Virus record (IMG/VR): IMGVR_UViG_3300046678_000974
Span: 12,409 to 76,408 of that record
Strand: one strand, 5' to 3'
Length of the DNA stretch: 64,000 nucleotides
From: a virus
Taxonomy: Duplodnaviria > Caudoviricetes
Shown here: in pieces, positions 10,208 to 18,883 of the stretch
How positions within the stretch are numbered: the stretch's first letter is position 1
How the letters are laid out: each line of letters begins with the position of its first letter
Translations under genes and position numbers: made by a program
Notes under the pieces: model-generated
Told to the model about the DNA's origin: nothing
Seen by the model: only the letters and a program-made list of their open reading frames with translations
Databases searched by the model: none

Positions 10208-11783
10208 GGGCTACCCAATTCGTACCATCGAACTGATACCATAGATCAACTGCTGTGGTATTAGTGTTCAATGTACCGGCGCCAGCACCGCCATTGACAA
10301 TAGTCAATGTGCCAGCCAATCCAGCATTGCCTGAGCGGCGAATATGCACTGTACTGCCGGTACGTGGTAATTGTGTGCTGGCTGTGACACTTATGCGAGC
10401 GCCCAAAGTTAAAGTGAATGAGGTGATACTCGATGGCACAACGATGGTCGCATGTTCGTGTTGGCTCCAATGCGTGTAGGTTGCTGACACATTAAGCTTA
10501 GCGCGTTCACATACTGAATTGGCTGCACCATGCACGAATCGGTTGAACATCTCCGGCGTGGCATTACTTGCCATCGGCATATGATCGTCCAAGAATATAT
10601 GCCCTTGGATATTGCCACCCGGATTATCAAACGAAATGAACTTGTTGACCTCGAAGTTTGGCACATAGTCCGGTGATGCGGCACCAATCAATCCCAATAG
10701 ACCAAAGTTTGAGGTAATTTCACCGGTCGCTGCTAAACATGTGATGTTCAAATTGTTAATGATTACTGTTGATGAGCCGCCTTGATAATCGCCGTAGAGA
10801 TATGGCGTGCCGGTTAATGCTGCGGACAGAATGATCGGATCGACAATCTTAAAGCCGTTAATGGTAAAAGCTGATGCTGCTCCTGAAAAGAACGAAGCCT
10901 GTGAGCCAGTCAGTTTTATTTGTTCCATATGCAAAGCATTAATCGTAACGGCTCGGGCGCCAGCACCACCAAATAAAATTGCTACGTTACATGCACCATT
11001 AGCGAGTGTAAGTCCATCGAAGAATAACTCACCAACCGTACCTGGAAAGTTAATGAAGTTAGCAATGGCGGGATTACCAGAACTACCGCCTTGTATAACT
11101 AGATTTTGAAATTGGCTGGGCGGAATAGCGGCGGCTTCTTGAGGATTGAAGTTCAATCCAATATTCTGAAATCCAATAGCACTGATGTCATGGAATCTGT
11201 TGCCTGATATATTGGTCGCAGCAACATCGACAGCATTATATGCTGGATTGGTTGCCATTGGCATATGAATATCACCAACTATGCTATTCACCAAATAACC
11301 AATATTCAATGCCTTGGCAGAGGTGAATCCTGTCTGTGCTGCACCATACGAAAGATTTAACCCCTCGATCTTCACGCCACTGCTTGCTGTCGCACCGGTG
11401 GTATCACCAATAGTAAGAATGGGACAAGAGGGAGTCGTAGCGTAAAACTGTATAATCTGCGATCCATAGCGCGAGCCAATTAGGGTCAATCCATAATTAC
11501 CAACACCTTGTGCTGGAATACTCAGACCAGTTGAGGAATTGATCTCATAGACGCCCGGTTCAATAACAAAGAACTTACCATGAGATGCAGCATAGGTGAT
11601 GGCATTTTGTAAGGCTGTCGCATTAGTTTGTCGGACACCGGTTGTTTGACCTGCACCCATAACCAACCCAGAAGCTAGATGGGCAAACACCGAACCGCGA
11701 ATAATTGCTGGGGCGCCAAGTCCCGAAGCGTTGAGAACATCATCTTGGCCACCACCGGGAACTTGTTGATAGTTGAATGTCAT
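10191..11783 (-). CDS. Beta-helix (pectate lyase-like) tailspike/depolymerase
   Basis: NATALQNAITYAA...FVIEPGVYEI...LIGS pectate_lyase_3-like start; beta-helix periodicity; ends YQFDGTNW. Confidence 0.6.
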   Translation of the reverse strand: MTFNYQQVPGGGQDDVLNASGLGAPAIIRGSVFAHLASGLVMGAGQTTGVRQTNATALQNAITYAASHGKFFVIEPGVYEINSSTGLSIPAQGVGNYGLTLIGSRYGSQIIQFYATTPSCPILTIGDTTGATASSGVKIEGLNLSYGAAQTGFTSAKALNIGYLVNSIVGDIHMPMATNPAYNAVDVAATNISGNRFHDISAIGFQNIGLNFNPQEAAAIPPSQFQNLVIQGGSSGNPAIANFINFPGTVGELFFDGLTLANGACNVAILFGGAGARAVTINALHMEQIKLTGSQASFFSGAASAFTINGFKIVDPIILSAALTGTPYLYGDYQGGSSTVIINNLNITCLAATGEITSNFGLLGLIGAASPDYVPNFEVNKFISFDNPGGNIQGHIFLDDHMPMASNATPEMFNRFVHGAANSVCERAKLNVSATYTHWSQHEHATIVVPSSITSFTLTLGARISVTASTQLPRTGSTVHIRRSGNAGLAGTLTIVNGGAGAGTLNTNTTAVDLWYQFDGTNWVALTPVP

Positions 11784-11793
11784 ATATTTTCCC

Positions 11794-12924
11794 TTAGACC
11801 AAGTTGCTGGAAGCTACAGCCGTTAGACTTGGATTGAGTCCAGTGACAGAGGCGTTGATTGCAGTCGAACCGCTATGACCACGCCAACTATTGCCGAACA
11901 TAATGACTGATGTATTGGCTCCTCCACCAACGGCATTCACTGGAGTGGTACCGGTTGTCGCGCCAAACTTGGTTGAATTGCCAATCACTGCGGTATCCGT
12001 ATTGCCACTAAGGAAGAGATGATTGCCTGACATGGTTACTTGATCGGCAAAGTTGCGGATCGTATTACCGCAAATCACACCATTGCGATTGTTTGTCCAA
12101 CGAATATTGCTGGCTCCATTGGAGTCAATGATATTATTCGAGATTACATTATCTTCGGTCGAATCGGCCACCACACCATTGCCACCATTGAACTCGATCT
12201 TGTTGTGGGTAATGATGTTATCTTGAGCACCACTATCCAACTGGATACCATGCGAGCTATTACCGTTGATGAAGCAGTTCTGAATGCGACTGTCACCTAC
12301 GTTCCAAACTCCGAGGGTATTCGCAGCAAATACACAGCCTTCGATTACGGCAGTTGGAAATCCACCGGAGGCGAAAGTATTTCCCTCGATACCGGCATTG
12401 CATTGGGTGAAGACACAATCACGAAAATAGAACGGGATACCAAGTGCAAGTGTCACACCATGATGGGTGCTATCACCGATGATTGCCATGTCCACCATCG
12501 CGGTGCCACGGTTATCATTACCTGTACCTGATGTGGATGTTGCGACAGCACTACTTGATCCACTGGTCTTCTTCAATACTGAACCTAACAAAGTGGACAG
12601 AGTGCCAAATGGATAACTGTTGGTGGGTGTGGCGCCGCGTAGGGTGACACCGACTGGGATGGTAATGGTTGAGATGACACTGACACCAACTGGCGCGATT
12701 ACAATGTACTTCTGAGTACCAACTGCGGCATTGAAGGCATTCGTCCAAGCAGCCGTATCATCCGAGCTACCATTGGCTTGTACGCCAAAGTCAGCGGCCC
12801 AGATAACATCTCCGAAGTGCGATCGAAGACTGCGGGCGACCGCACCGGTGGCCGTTTGAACCACAGTGGCAGTCGAAAGATCGCCAGTGACCGGTTGGTT
12901 GTTGCTGTTATATAGATATGTCAT
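11794..12924 (-). CDS. Right-handed beta-helix tailspike-like protein
   Basis: IWAADFGVQANGSSDDTAAWTNAFNAA; repeated Asn-ladder NxIxxN motifs. Confidence 0.75.
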   Translation of the reverse strand: MTYLYNSNNQPVTGDLSTATVVQTATGAVARSLRSHFGDVIWAADFGVQANGSSDDTAAWTNAFNAAVGTQKYIVIAPVGVSVISTITIPVGVTLRGATPTNSYPFGTLSTLLGSVLKKTSGSSSAVATSTSGTGNDNRGTAMVDMAIIGDSTHHGVTLALGIPFYFRDCVFTQCNAGIEGNTFASGGFPTAVIEGCVFAANTLGVWNVGDSRIQNCFINGNSSHGIQLDSGAQDNIITHNKIEFNGGNGVVADSTEDNVISNNIIDSNGASNIRWTNNRNGVICGNTIRNFADQVTMSGNHLFLSGNTDTAVIGNSTKFGATTGTTPVNAVGGGANTSVIMFGNSWRGHSGSTAINASVTGLNPSLTAVASSNLV

Positions 12925-12939
12925 TTAGACCACATTTCA

Positions 12940-13452
12940 TCAGACTACGGACCAATTTGTACCGTTGTAAATTAGATCGACACTCGAAAAGGCAAGATTG
13001 AGTACGATACCAGTGGCGCCCAACACGTTATCAATATTCTGCGTGGCTTTCACGGTGATCGCATTTGTCGCTGCATCACCTTTGCCGTCTTTCACAGTGA
13101 TAATTCTTCCAGTCGTGGGGGCGGCTGGCAGGGTTACTTGAGTGGCAGCACCACTCGTCTTATTAATGACCACATAGCGATCAGTTGCAGCGACGGTATA
13201 GTTGCCAGCGGCGATGATCACAGCAATCTTACGGACTTCGGCAGACGAAGTGGTGATAACACCACCAACGCTCAGCGTATTTGATAGAGTGATCGGACCA
13301 GTCAGCGTTTGCGCCGTGCTTTGATGGATCGACACTGCATCATCAAAGGCGTTGTTCAGTCCGAGAGGAACAGCGCCGCCAGTATTGGCGCCGCATTGAG
13401 TGCCGTCCACAAAGACGACAGAACCATTATAGGAATTGCTAAAAACCGACAT
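12940..13452 (-). CDS. Short tail-fibre module protein, paralog 1 of 3
   Basis: True start MSVFSNSY at 13452 (GAGGA RBS); TDRYVVINK...GRIITVKDGKGDAATNAITV...YNGTNW. Confidence 0.75.
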   Translation of the reverse strand: MSVFSNSYNGSVVFVDGTQCGANTGGAVPLGLNNAFDDAVSIHQSTAQTLTGPITLSNTLSVGGVITTSSAEVRKIAVIIAAGNYTVAATDRYVVINKTSGAATQVTLPAAPTTGRIITVKDGKGDAATNAITVKATQNIDNVLGATGIVLNLAFSSVDLIYNGTNWSVV

Positions 13453-13481
13453 CTCATATCCTCGGAGTATGGGATATTTAG

Positions 13482-16400
13482 CTAGCCCACTGAGGCTGTC
13501 CAACTCATGGTCATGCTGGTACTTGTGGTCGAACCAATCAATGGTGTCCCCGGTATCGTAGGCAATCCAACCGTAGGTACGGGTTGTGGTGCTGCGCCAA
13601 CTGCATTTAAGACAACCACACTCATTGCTGGAATAGTGATCCCTGCGAGCAAAGCCGACGTAGATAAGGTGGTGGTAAAGCCAGTCGGGTGCGTCGAAGA
13701 CAACTCCCAATATGTCCAAGCTGATGTCGATGAACCATTCATCGCCACCGAAACTGGATAAGCTGTAGAGACATCGTAATTGATGATCTGACAGCAGGTA
13801 CTGTTGGCGTTCACAGTCCCCAAGGTTACGATGTTCATCCCAGAAGAGGTTGTTGAACTGATAACATTTCCGGGTGCCAATGCTCCCAGTTTTTGATATA
13901 CATATCCCGGTGGACGTAGGAAATATGGTCCTTGTCCAAACGTATTTGAATCTATCAGCCCATACCATTGATCATAGGCGATATCCCAACGATTAGCCCA
14001 TGCCAAGGTTCCTACTTTGCCGATAGTGGCATATCGAAATGCTGCATATACAGCCCCGGTCACATCAGCCTGATATGAACTGGCACCGGGCTGTCCGTCC
14101 ATGTTGAACTCGGTGAGGAATATTGGTGCTGTTGAAGATATCGCTGTATTGACATTCTGACGAACATCTAAGAAGATATCAGTGAGTTCATCTGAGAAGC
14201 ATTGTGCAACTGACTTGCTACCATTCTCCTCGGTATATCCATGTCCACTGATGAAGTCAGGATGACAGTTTTGAATGAATGTCGTTAATCTTTGATTATT
14301 GAAATACGAATCATCCAAGCCACCGCATTGATATGAGGGATCAACGGCTTTTATTCCAACCGCCATGGCGTTAAAAAGGCCGATACACGAATTGATATCG
14401 GTACCATCGGCTTCGTTAGCAAATGTCCAATAATAAACTGGCACACCACCATTCTTGAAATGTTGTGCTATTTGCTGACAACGATCTTGATGAACTGCCC
14501 AGTCAGATGGTGAAGTGATGTTCAACCATGAACACCATCCCACTGTGATGATTAAGTTGGCGGTCGTTAACGTGGTGCCAATGGTAAAGCACTTCTGCGC
14601 ATTGTTGATAAAATTATCAATCCAACTCCAATCTGCTGCTGATGTGCGAGTGGGAAAAATCTGTGTGATGTGGAAGTTCTGATTCCAGTTAAGACGAATG
14701 GAACCAATGTTCATCGACTTGCAGATGGTTTGAAATGCCGGATCGACCATCAATCCATAATCACCACGTGTGATGTTCATATCATTACAGGCAACACCAT
14801 AAAACTTTGGCGATATTGCCACACCGGTTAGTGATGTCAAATTGAAGGTGACGTTCGGTCCTGTCGGTGGTTGAACTGGCGGTCCCGGAACCAATCCCAA
14901 GGGGCTGACTGTTGTACCACTGGAGGGCTGCCACGCATCACTTGATACTGTTTTGAAGTACCATAGTACACCTTGCGGCAGATTTGCCGGACCAGTGATT
15001 GGTCCTGAGAATGTTTGGGTCGATAGATTCCAAGTGAACCAATTCTGAGAAGGACCATCTTGGGCAAAGATTATGTTTTGATAGAGATCGATTGCACTGG
15101 TATTGCCGCCACCATTGATAATGTTCCCATCCATTCGGAAGTTCTCTTGGACATCGATGGTATAGGTATGACCTCCAAATACAATGCTACCATTATTCGG
15201 TGTCGCATAGGTAGAAGTACTCAAAATGGTCGCAGATGATTGCCGCCAAACTTGTCCATTCACATAGGCAAGCGATATTACAGTGTTACCAGCCGAAGCA
15301 TCGACTGCGCCGTTTACACTAACACGCGAATTGGCCAATGTCCAACTGGACAAATCAGAACCAATAATTGACGTTAGTGGTGGCACCGTTGAACCATTGG
15401 GCGATGCTGAAACGAATGGATTGGCAACAGATGCCCAAGGATCAGATACCAGCGTCTTGACAAACCAATTCCCTAATGAGTTCTCGATATAAACACGGCT
15501 ATTCAGATACACAACTTCGACAGCCGAAACATCTGGTACCCCATTGATCACAACACGATTGTTGCTCAATGTCCAAATGGTTAGATCGGAACTAATGATC
15601 TGAGTTGCCGGAGGAATGATAGTTTCATCGGCTGATGGTGTTAATGAAGGCGGTCCCGGTGGCCCACCCGGAGGTGGTACTGGTACTTGGCTGATGCTAT
15701 AGATTTGTGACAGATAGGCGGATTGTTCAGGATATAATGATCCACCACCCCATGCTGTAACTACGCCGAAGTCAGGTGATGAACCACGATGCGGTCCCCA
15801 ATAACACCATGCCCATGAGATTGGCTGTTGTCCAGTGAGGAACCGAGGGCCACCACTAGCTTGGCCATTGACGTACTGCACGAATGTATTGCCCCAATTG
15901 GTAGCATCAGTGGTCAACATAGCATCGCCGCAGGCCATAACCATTACCGGTGCGATGTTATTAGATACCATGAAGCCCCACATCGTATTGGCGCGATTGA
16001 TATAAACGGTACCAGCATCAATACCGGTACCAATCGGCGCAACCTCATTAGGGAATGACTGGACGCCATAGACAACTTTATTGGAGACAGTGAGGTTCAC
16101 CGGCGTGGTCGAGGCCAATCGCAAGTCGCCTTCAAAGGAACCGGTCGCCACATTGAGGGGTGCTTCGCAGATGATCAATGGGTTACTGTCGATTGCTTGG
16201 ATGGCATTGCCCACACTGACGTACATGGCGTGCAGATCGGTTGGGGTGTTATCACCCCATGTCGCACCGAGATTGACGCCTTGGGCAGATATGGGTGCCC
16301 AGCGTAGATCATAACCTAAGATTGCTGTGTTATTAGCATAGCGATTGGCTATCCGTGTCCAATGCTGCGCAAATATACTCGATGTGATTGTACCTGTGGT

Positions 16401-18344
16401 TCCCGATCCATCGGTACCATCGGTGCCGTTTCCGGTGGAGAACCACAATCCATTGGCTTGGCCTTGTGCATCAGGGAGTACGATACCTTCACTGCTATGA
16501 GAATCGAGAATAACCCGCATGCCAATAAAGCCAGCATAAGCAATAATTGCATCGAGCACTTCCATATAGGCTAAGCCCACAAGATCAGGATTGATCGTTG
16601 TGTTGATGCCGGTGATCATATCGTTGTTCATAACGCCAGCGTCATTGAGCAAGATACGAATAGCGTTGAAACCAAGACGCGCCATATCCTCCATCGTCAC
16701 TTGGTAGCTGACGATATCAAGACCACGCAGGAAACCATTGCGTAGGTGCATACCATCCCAAGTGATCGCGTTGATGCGGATTGATTGGTTATTGATGTCG
16801 AGTATCTGACTACCCGAGACATGCATGGGGCCATTTGTAAGTGCGTGAATTGGTGCCGGTTGTGGTGTCGGTTGCGGCCCCACTGGTGGCCCAGGGGGAG
16901 GACCAGGGGGTGGCCCTCCTGGTGGTGTCACTGGCGGAGTTGGTTGGGGTGGCCCTCCTGGTGGTGTCACTGGCGGAGTTGCTTGCGGTACATTGGCGAC
17001 CGGTATAGGTGTCGGGATATTACCCGCAGCAGTGATGCCTGTCGTCGTCAACCACAATTTTCGACCGGTTGATTTCCAATCGTTGTAGAGTTTCCGTAAC
17101 CAGCCATTATCGCCCCAGAGTGGCAAGCCATAAGGACTTTCCGGATCGATTGCTGTTTCCCAATAGGATTGTATGTTGGACGAATTGGCACTTTGGCCGA
17201 AAGGCGCACTAATCTCGATGCCGATCGCGTCCCATATCTGGGTCGCACCCGAACCCCAATCCATTGCGGTATTGCTACCCTTTGGGCCGACCGTAGCTGG
17301 GGTAGCTTGGTACAGCACAGAACCACTGAATATCGATTTACAGGCTGCGTAAAGTGCTCGCCATTGTGGCATGTAATCAACCGGACTATCGCCGTCGCCT
17401 TTATAGGGAAATATACCGGGGGCAATTGAAAGAGCGATGCAGCCATTTCGTGTTGCGCATGTCGCTAATTGAATAGCAAGAGACTGTAAGTTGGTGAGAA
17501 ACACCACAGGATCAGATGGTTGGATCAGATACTTTGCTTGTAGATCAGTCGAGTTCAACACTAATGCAAGGATAACCTGAAGACCATTGGCTTGATAAGT
17601 AGCGCAGACTTGGTCGATCGACCCTCCAAGGATAACCGGATCATTGTTGGCATCCTTCCAGTGTACGTCAGTGGCATGTACATTCGGCATAAAGGCCAGC
17701 ACAGGCACATAGACTGCCGAAACATTCAAGGTGTTTTTGATTGCCGCACTGTTGGCTGGTTCACCACTACCCGGATATAAGTCCTGTACGGCAGCGACAA
17801 TGTTCATGTTCGCAACAGGCGGTACTGGATTGGGTGATGGCCCCGGCGGCGGTGTCGGTCCCGGTGTTGGTGTGGGGCCGGGCGGCGTGGGCGTTGGTGT
17901 GGGGCCGGGCGGTCCCGGTGGTGGTGCAGGTAGCGGGACGAAAGGAAGTGGATTCAATCGATCATTGATATGTTGGATCGCCTCAATAAACTTTTGAGCC
18001 GGTCCCGGATAGCCTAGCACATTGGACATGCGCAGCAGGTATTGTTCTGCCCAATACGACATCCACGCATCGTTGAGGGGTACGGTTAGATTGCCGACGG
18101 TATCAGCGGAAACAATCGATGCTTCGTTGATTTGTTTGGTTTGAAACAAGATCGCTTCATTGGCAGCGATGAAAATCTCTTCCAATCCCGGTGTACTGGG
18201 ATCGGCATTTGATTCAATTTGATTAAGGGCGCGTTGAAGATCGGCCGCCGATTGGGGATTGGTCGTTGCATCGGCTGGGATTTGCAACTGTGAAATCTGT
18301 TGCAACAACTGTGCAAGCTGCGGGGAAATGTCCGTCATGGACAT
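13482..18344 (-). CDS. Giant multidomain glycosidase-like fibre: GH113-like (catalytic Glu absent) + GH5-like (catalytic Glu absent) + repeat modules + GH39-like + terminal FN3 A-B fragment
   Basis: 1620 aa with Pro-rich linkers. GH5_1 pattern (ILDINNQSIRI...GFNAIRI...GMRVILDSH...GYDLRWAP...NIAPVMVMACG). C-terminal barrel keeps FANEAD and IFLTEFN. Confidence 0.8.
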   Translation of the reverse strand: MSMTDISPQLAQLLQQISQLQIPADATTNPQSAADLQRALNQIESNADPSTPGLEEIFIAANEAILFQTKQINEASIVSADTVGNLTVPLNDAWMSYWAEQYLLRMSNVLGYPGPAQKFIEAIQHINDRLNPLPFVPLPAPPPGPPGPTPTPTPPGPTPTPGPTPPPGPSPNPVPPVANMNIVAAVQDLYPGSGEPANSAAIKNTLNVSAVYVPVLAFMPNVHATDVHWKDANNDPVILGGSIDQVCATYQANGLQVILALVLNSTDLQAKYLIQPSDPVVFLTNLQSLAIQLATCATRNGCIALSIAPGIFPYKGDGDSPVDYMPQWRALYAACKSIFSGSVLYQATPATVGPKGSNTAMDWGSGATQIWDAIGIEISAPFGQSANSSNIQSYWETAIDPESPYGLPLWGDNGWLRKLYNDWKSTGRKLWLTTTGITAAGNIPTPIPVANVPQATPPVTPPGGPPQPTPPVTPPGGPPPGPPPGPPVGPQPTPQPAPIHALTNGPMHVSGSQILDINNQSIRINAITWDGMHLRNGFLRGLDIVSYQVTMEDMARLGFNAIRILLNDAGVMNNDMITGINTTINPDLVGLAYMEVLDAIIAYAGFIGMRVILDSHSSEGIVLPDAQGQANGLWFSTGNGTDGTDGSGTTGTITSSIFAQHWTRIANRYANNTAILGYDLRWAPISAQGVNLGATWGDNTPTDLHAMYVSVGNAIQAIDSNPLIICEAPLNVATGSFEGDLRLASTTPVNLTVSNKVVYGVQSFPNEVAPIGTGIDAGTVYINRANTMWGFMVSNNIAPVMVMACGDAMLTTDATNWGNTFVQYVNGQASGGPRFLTGQQPISWAWCYWGPHRGSSPDFGVVTAWGGGSLYPEQSAYLSQIYSISQVPVPPPGGPPGPPSLTPSADETIIPPATQIISSDLTIWTLSNNRVVINGVPDVSAVEVVYLNSRVYIENSLGNWFVKTLVSDPWASVANPFVSASPNGSTVPPLTSIIGSDLSSWTLANSRVSVNGAVDASAGNTVISLAYVNGQVWRQSSATILSTSTYATPNNGSIVFGGHTYTIDVQENFRMDGNIINGGGNTSAIDLYQNIIFAQDGPSQNWFTWNLSTQTFSGPITGPANLPQGVLWYFKTVSSDAWQPSSGTTVSPLGLVPGPPVQPPTGPNVTFNLTSLTGVAISPKFYGVACNDMNITRGDYGLMVDPAFQTICKSMNIGSIRLNWNQNFHITQIFPTRTSAADWSWIDNFINNAQKCFTIGTTLTTANLIITVGWCSWLNITSPSDWAVHQDRCQQIAQHFKNGGVPVYYWTFANEADGTDINSCIGLFNAMAVGIKAVDPSYQCGGLDDSYFNNQRLTTFIQNCHPDFISGHGYTEENGSKSVAQCFSDELTDIFLDVRQNVNTAISSTAPIFLTEFNMDGQPGASSYQADVTGAVYAAFRYATIGKVGTLAWANRWDIAYDQWYGLIDSNTFGQGPYFLRPPGYVYQKLGALAPGNVISSTTSSGMNIVTLGTVNANSTCCQIINYDVSTAYPVSVAMNGSSTSAWTYWELSSTHPTGFTTTLSTSALLAGITIPAMSVVVLNAVGAAPQPVPTVGLPTIPGTPLIGSTTSTSMTMSWTASVG

Positions 18345-18346
18345 AT

Positions 18347-18883
18347 TTACCCATTGGGTATGCCTCGTTTCGAGATTGCAGAAGGGATAATAAGCGTAGA
18401 TGCCGTGGCGACAGCGAAGGTTATTACCGAGTTCCGAGTCATTGGATTTTCCAATGGTGCTTCGAGACTAACCTTTGTCGCTGTGCGATTTCCCATTGGA
18501 GGGAGGGTGCGCGTAGGAATCGGAGACGGTGGCAAGACCCCGGCAACAGGCGTGGGAAACAGAGCACTGATATCAGCGTAACCTTGAGCGAATGGGATAC
18601 CCGAGGGAATTGTGTATATTTGTTCAACCGATGTCACCAATCCAAACGTATTGTAGCCTGCACAGTATATCAAGTTACCAATCCCAATACCATCAACAGG
18701 AAACAACATCAGTACTTGATCACCTACAAGATTGTCAGTCGAGGTGATCGCATCGATCGGACCATTGATCACCCAATCGCTCAGGTGATTGGTGGTCATG
18801 ATGCTAACAAAGCCGGTGGCATCTCCGAAGTTTTCCAAGGCCAAGCGAATGGCATCGGCATGTAGCACTTTGATCTCTTTCAT
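18347..18883 (-). CDS. Hypothetical protein between the two giant glycosidase genes
   Basis: 178 aa, ATGA-coupled to the upstream gene, stop 2 nt before the next gene. Confidence 0.6.
   Translation of the reverse strand: MKEIKVLHADAIRLALENFGDATGFVSIMTTNHLSDWVINGPIDAITSTDNLVGDQVLMLFPVDGIGIGNLIYCAGYNTFGLVTSVEQIYTIPSGIPFAQGYADISALFPTPVAGVLPPSPIPTRTLPPMGNRTATKVSLEAPLENPMTRNSVITFAVATASTLIIPSAISKRGIPNG

Noticed and set aside
13482-13484. Stop-codon reassignment or read-through to explain the truncated FN3
   Set aside because: Read-through gives LNIPYSEDMRCRF..., which is not FN3. Very long ORFs are intact under the standard code, and all three stops are used at clean gene ends.
13453-13968. 342-aa version of the ORF at 12940-13968
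   Set aside because: The upstream extension overlaps the 1620-aa gene in another frame and is not protein-like; the real start with RBS is at 13452.
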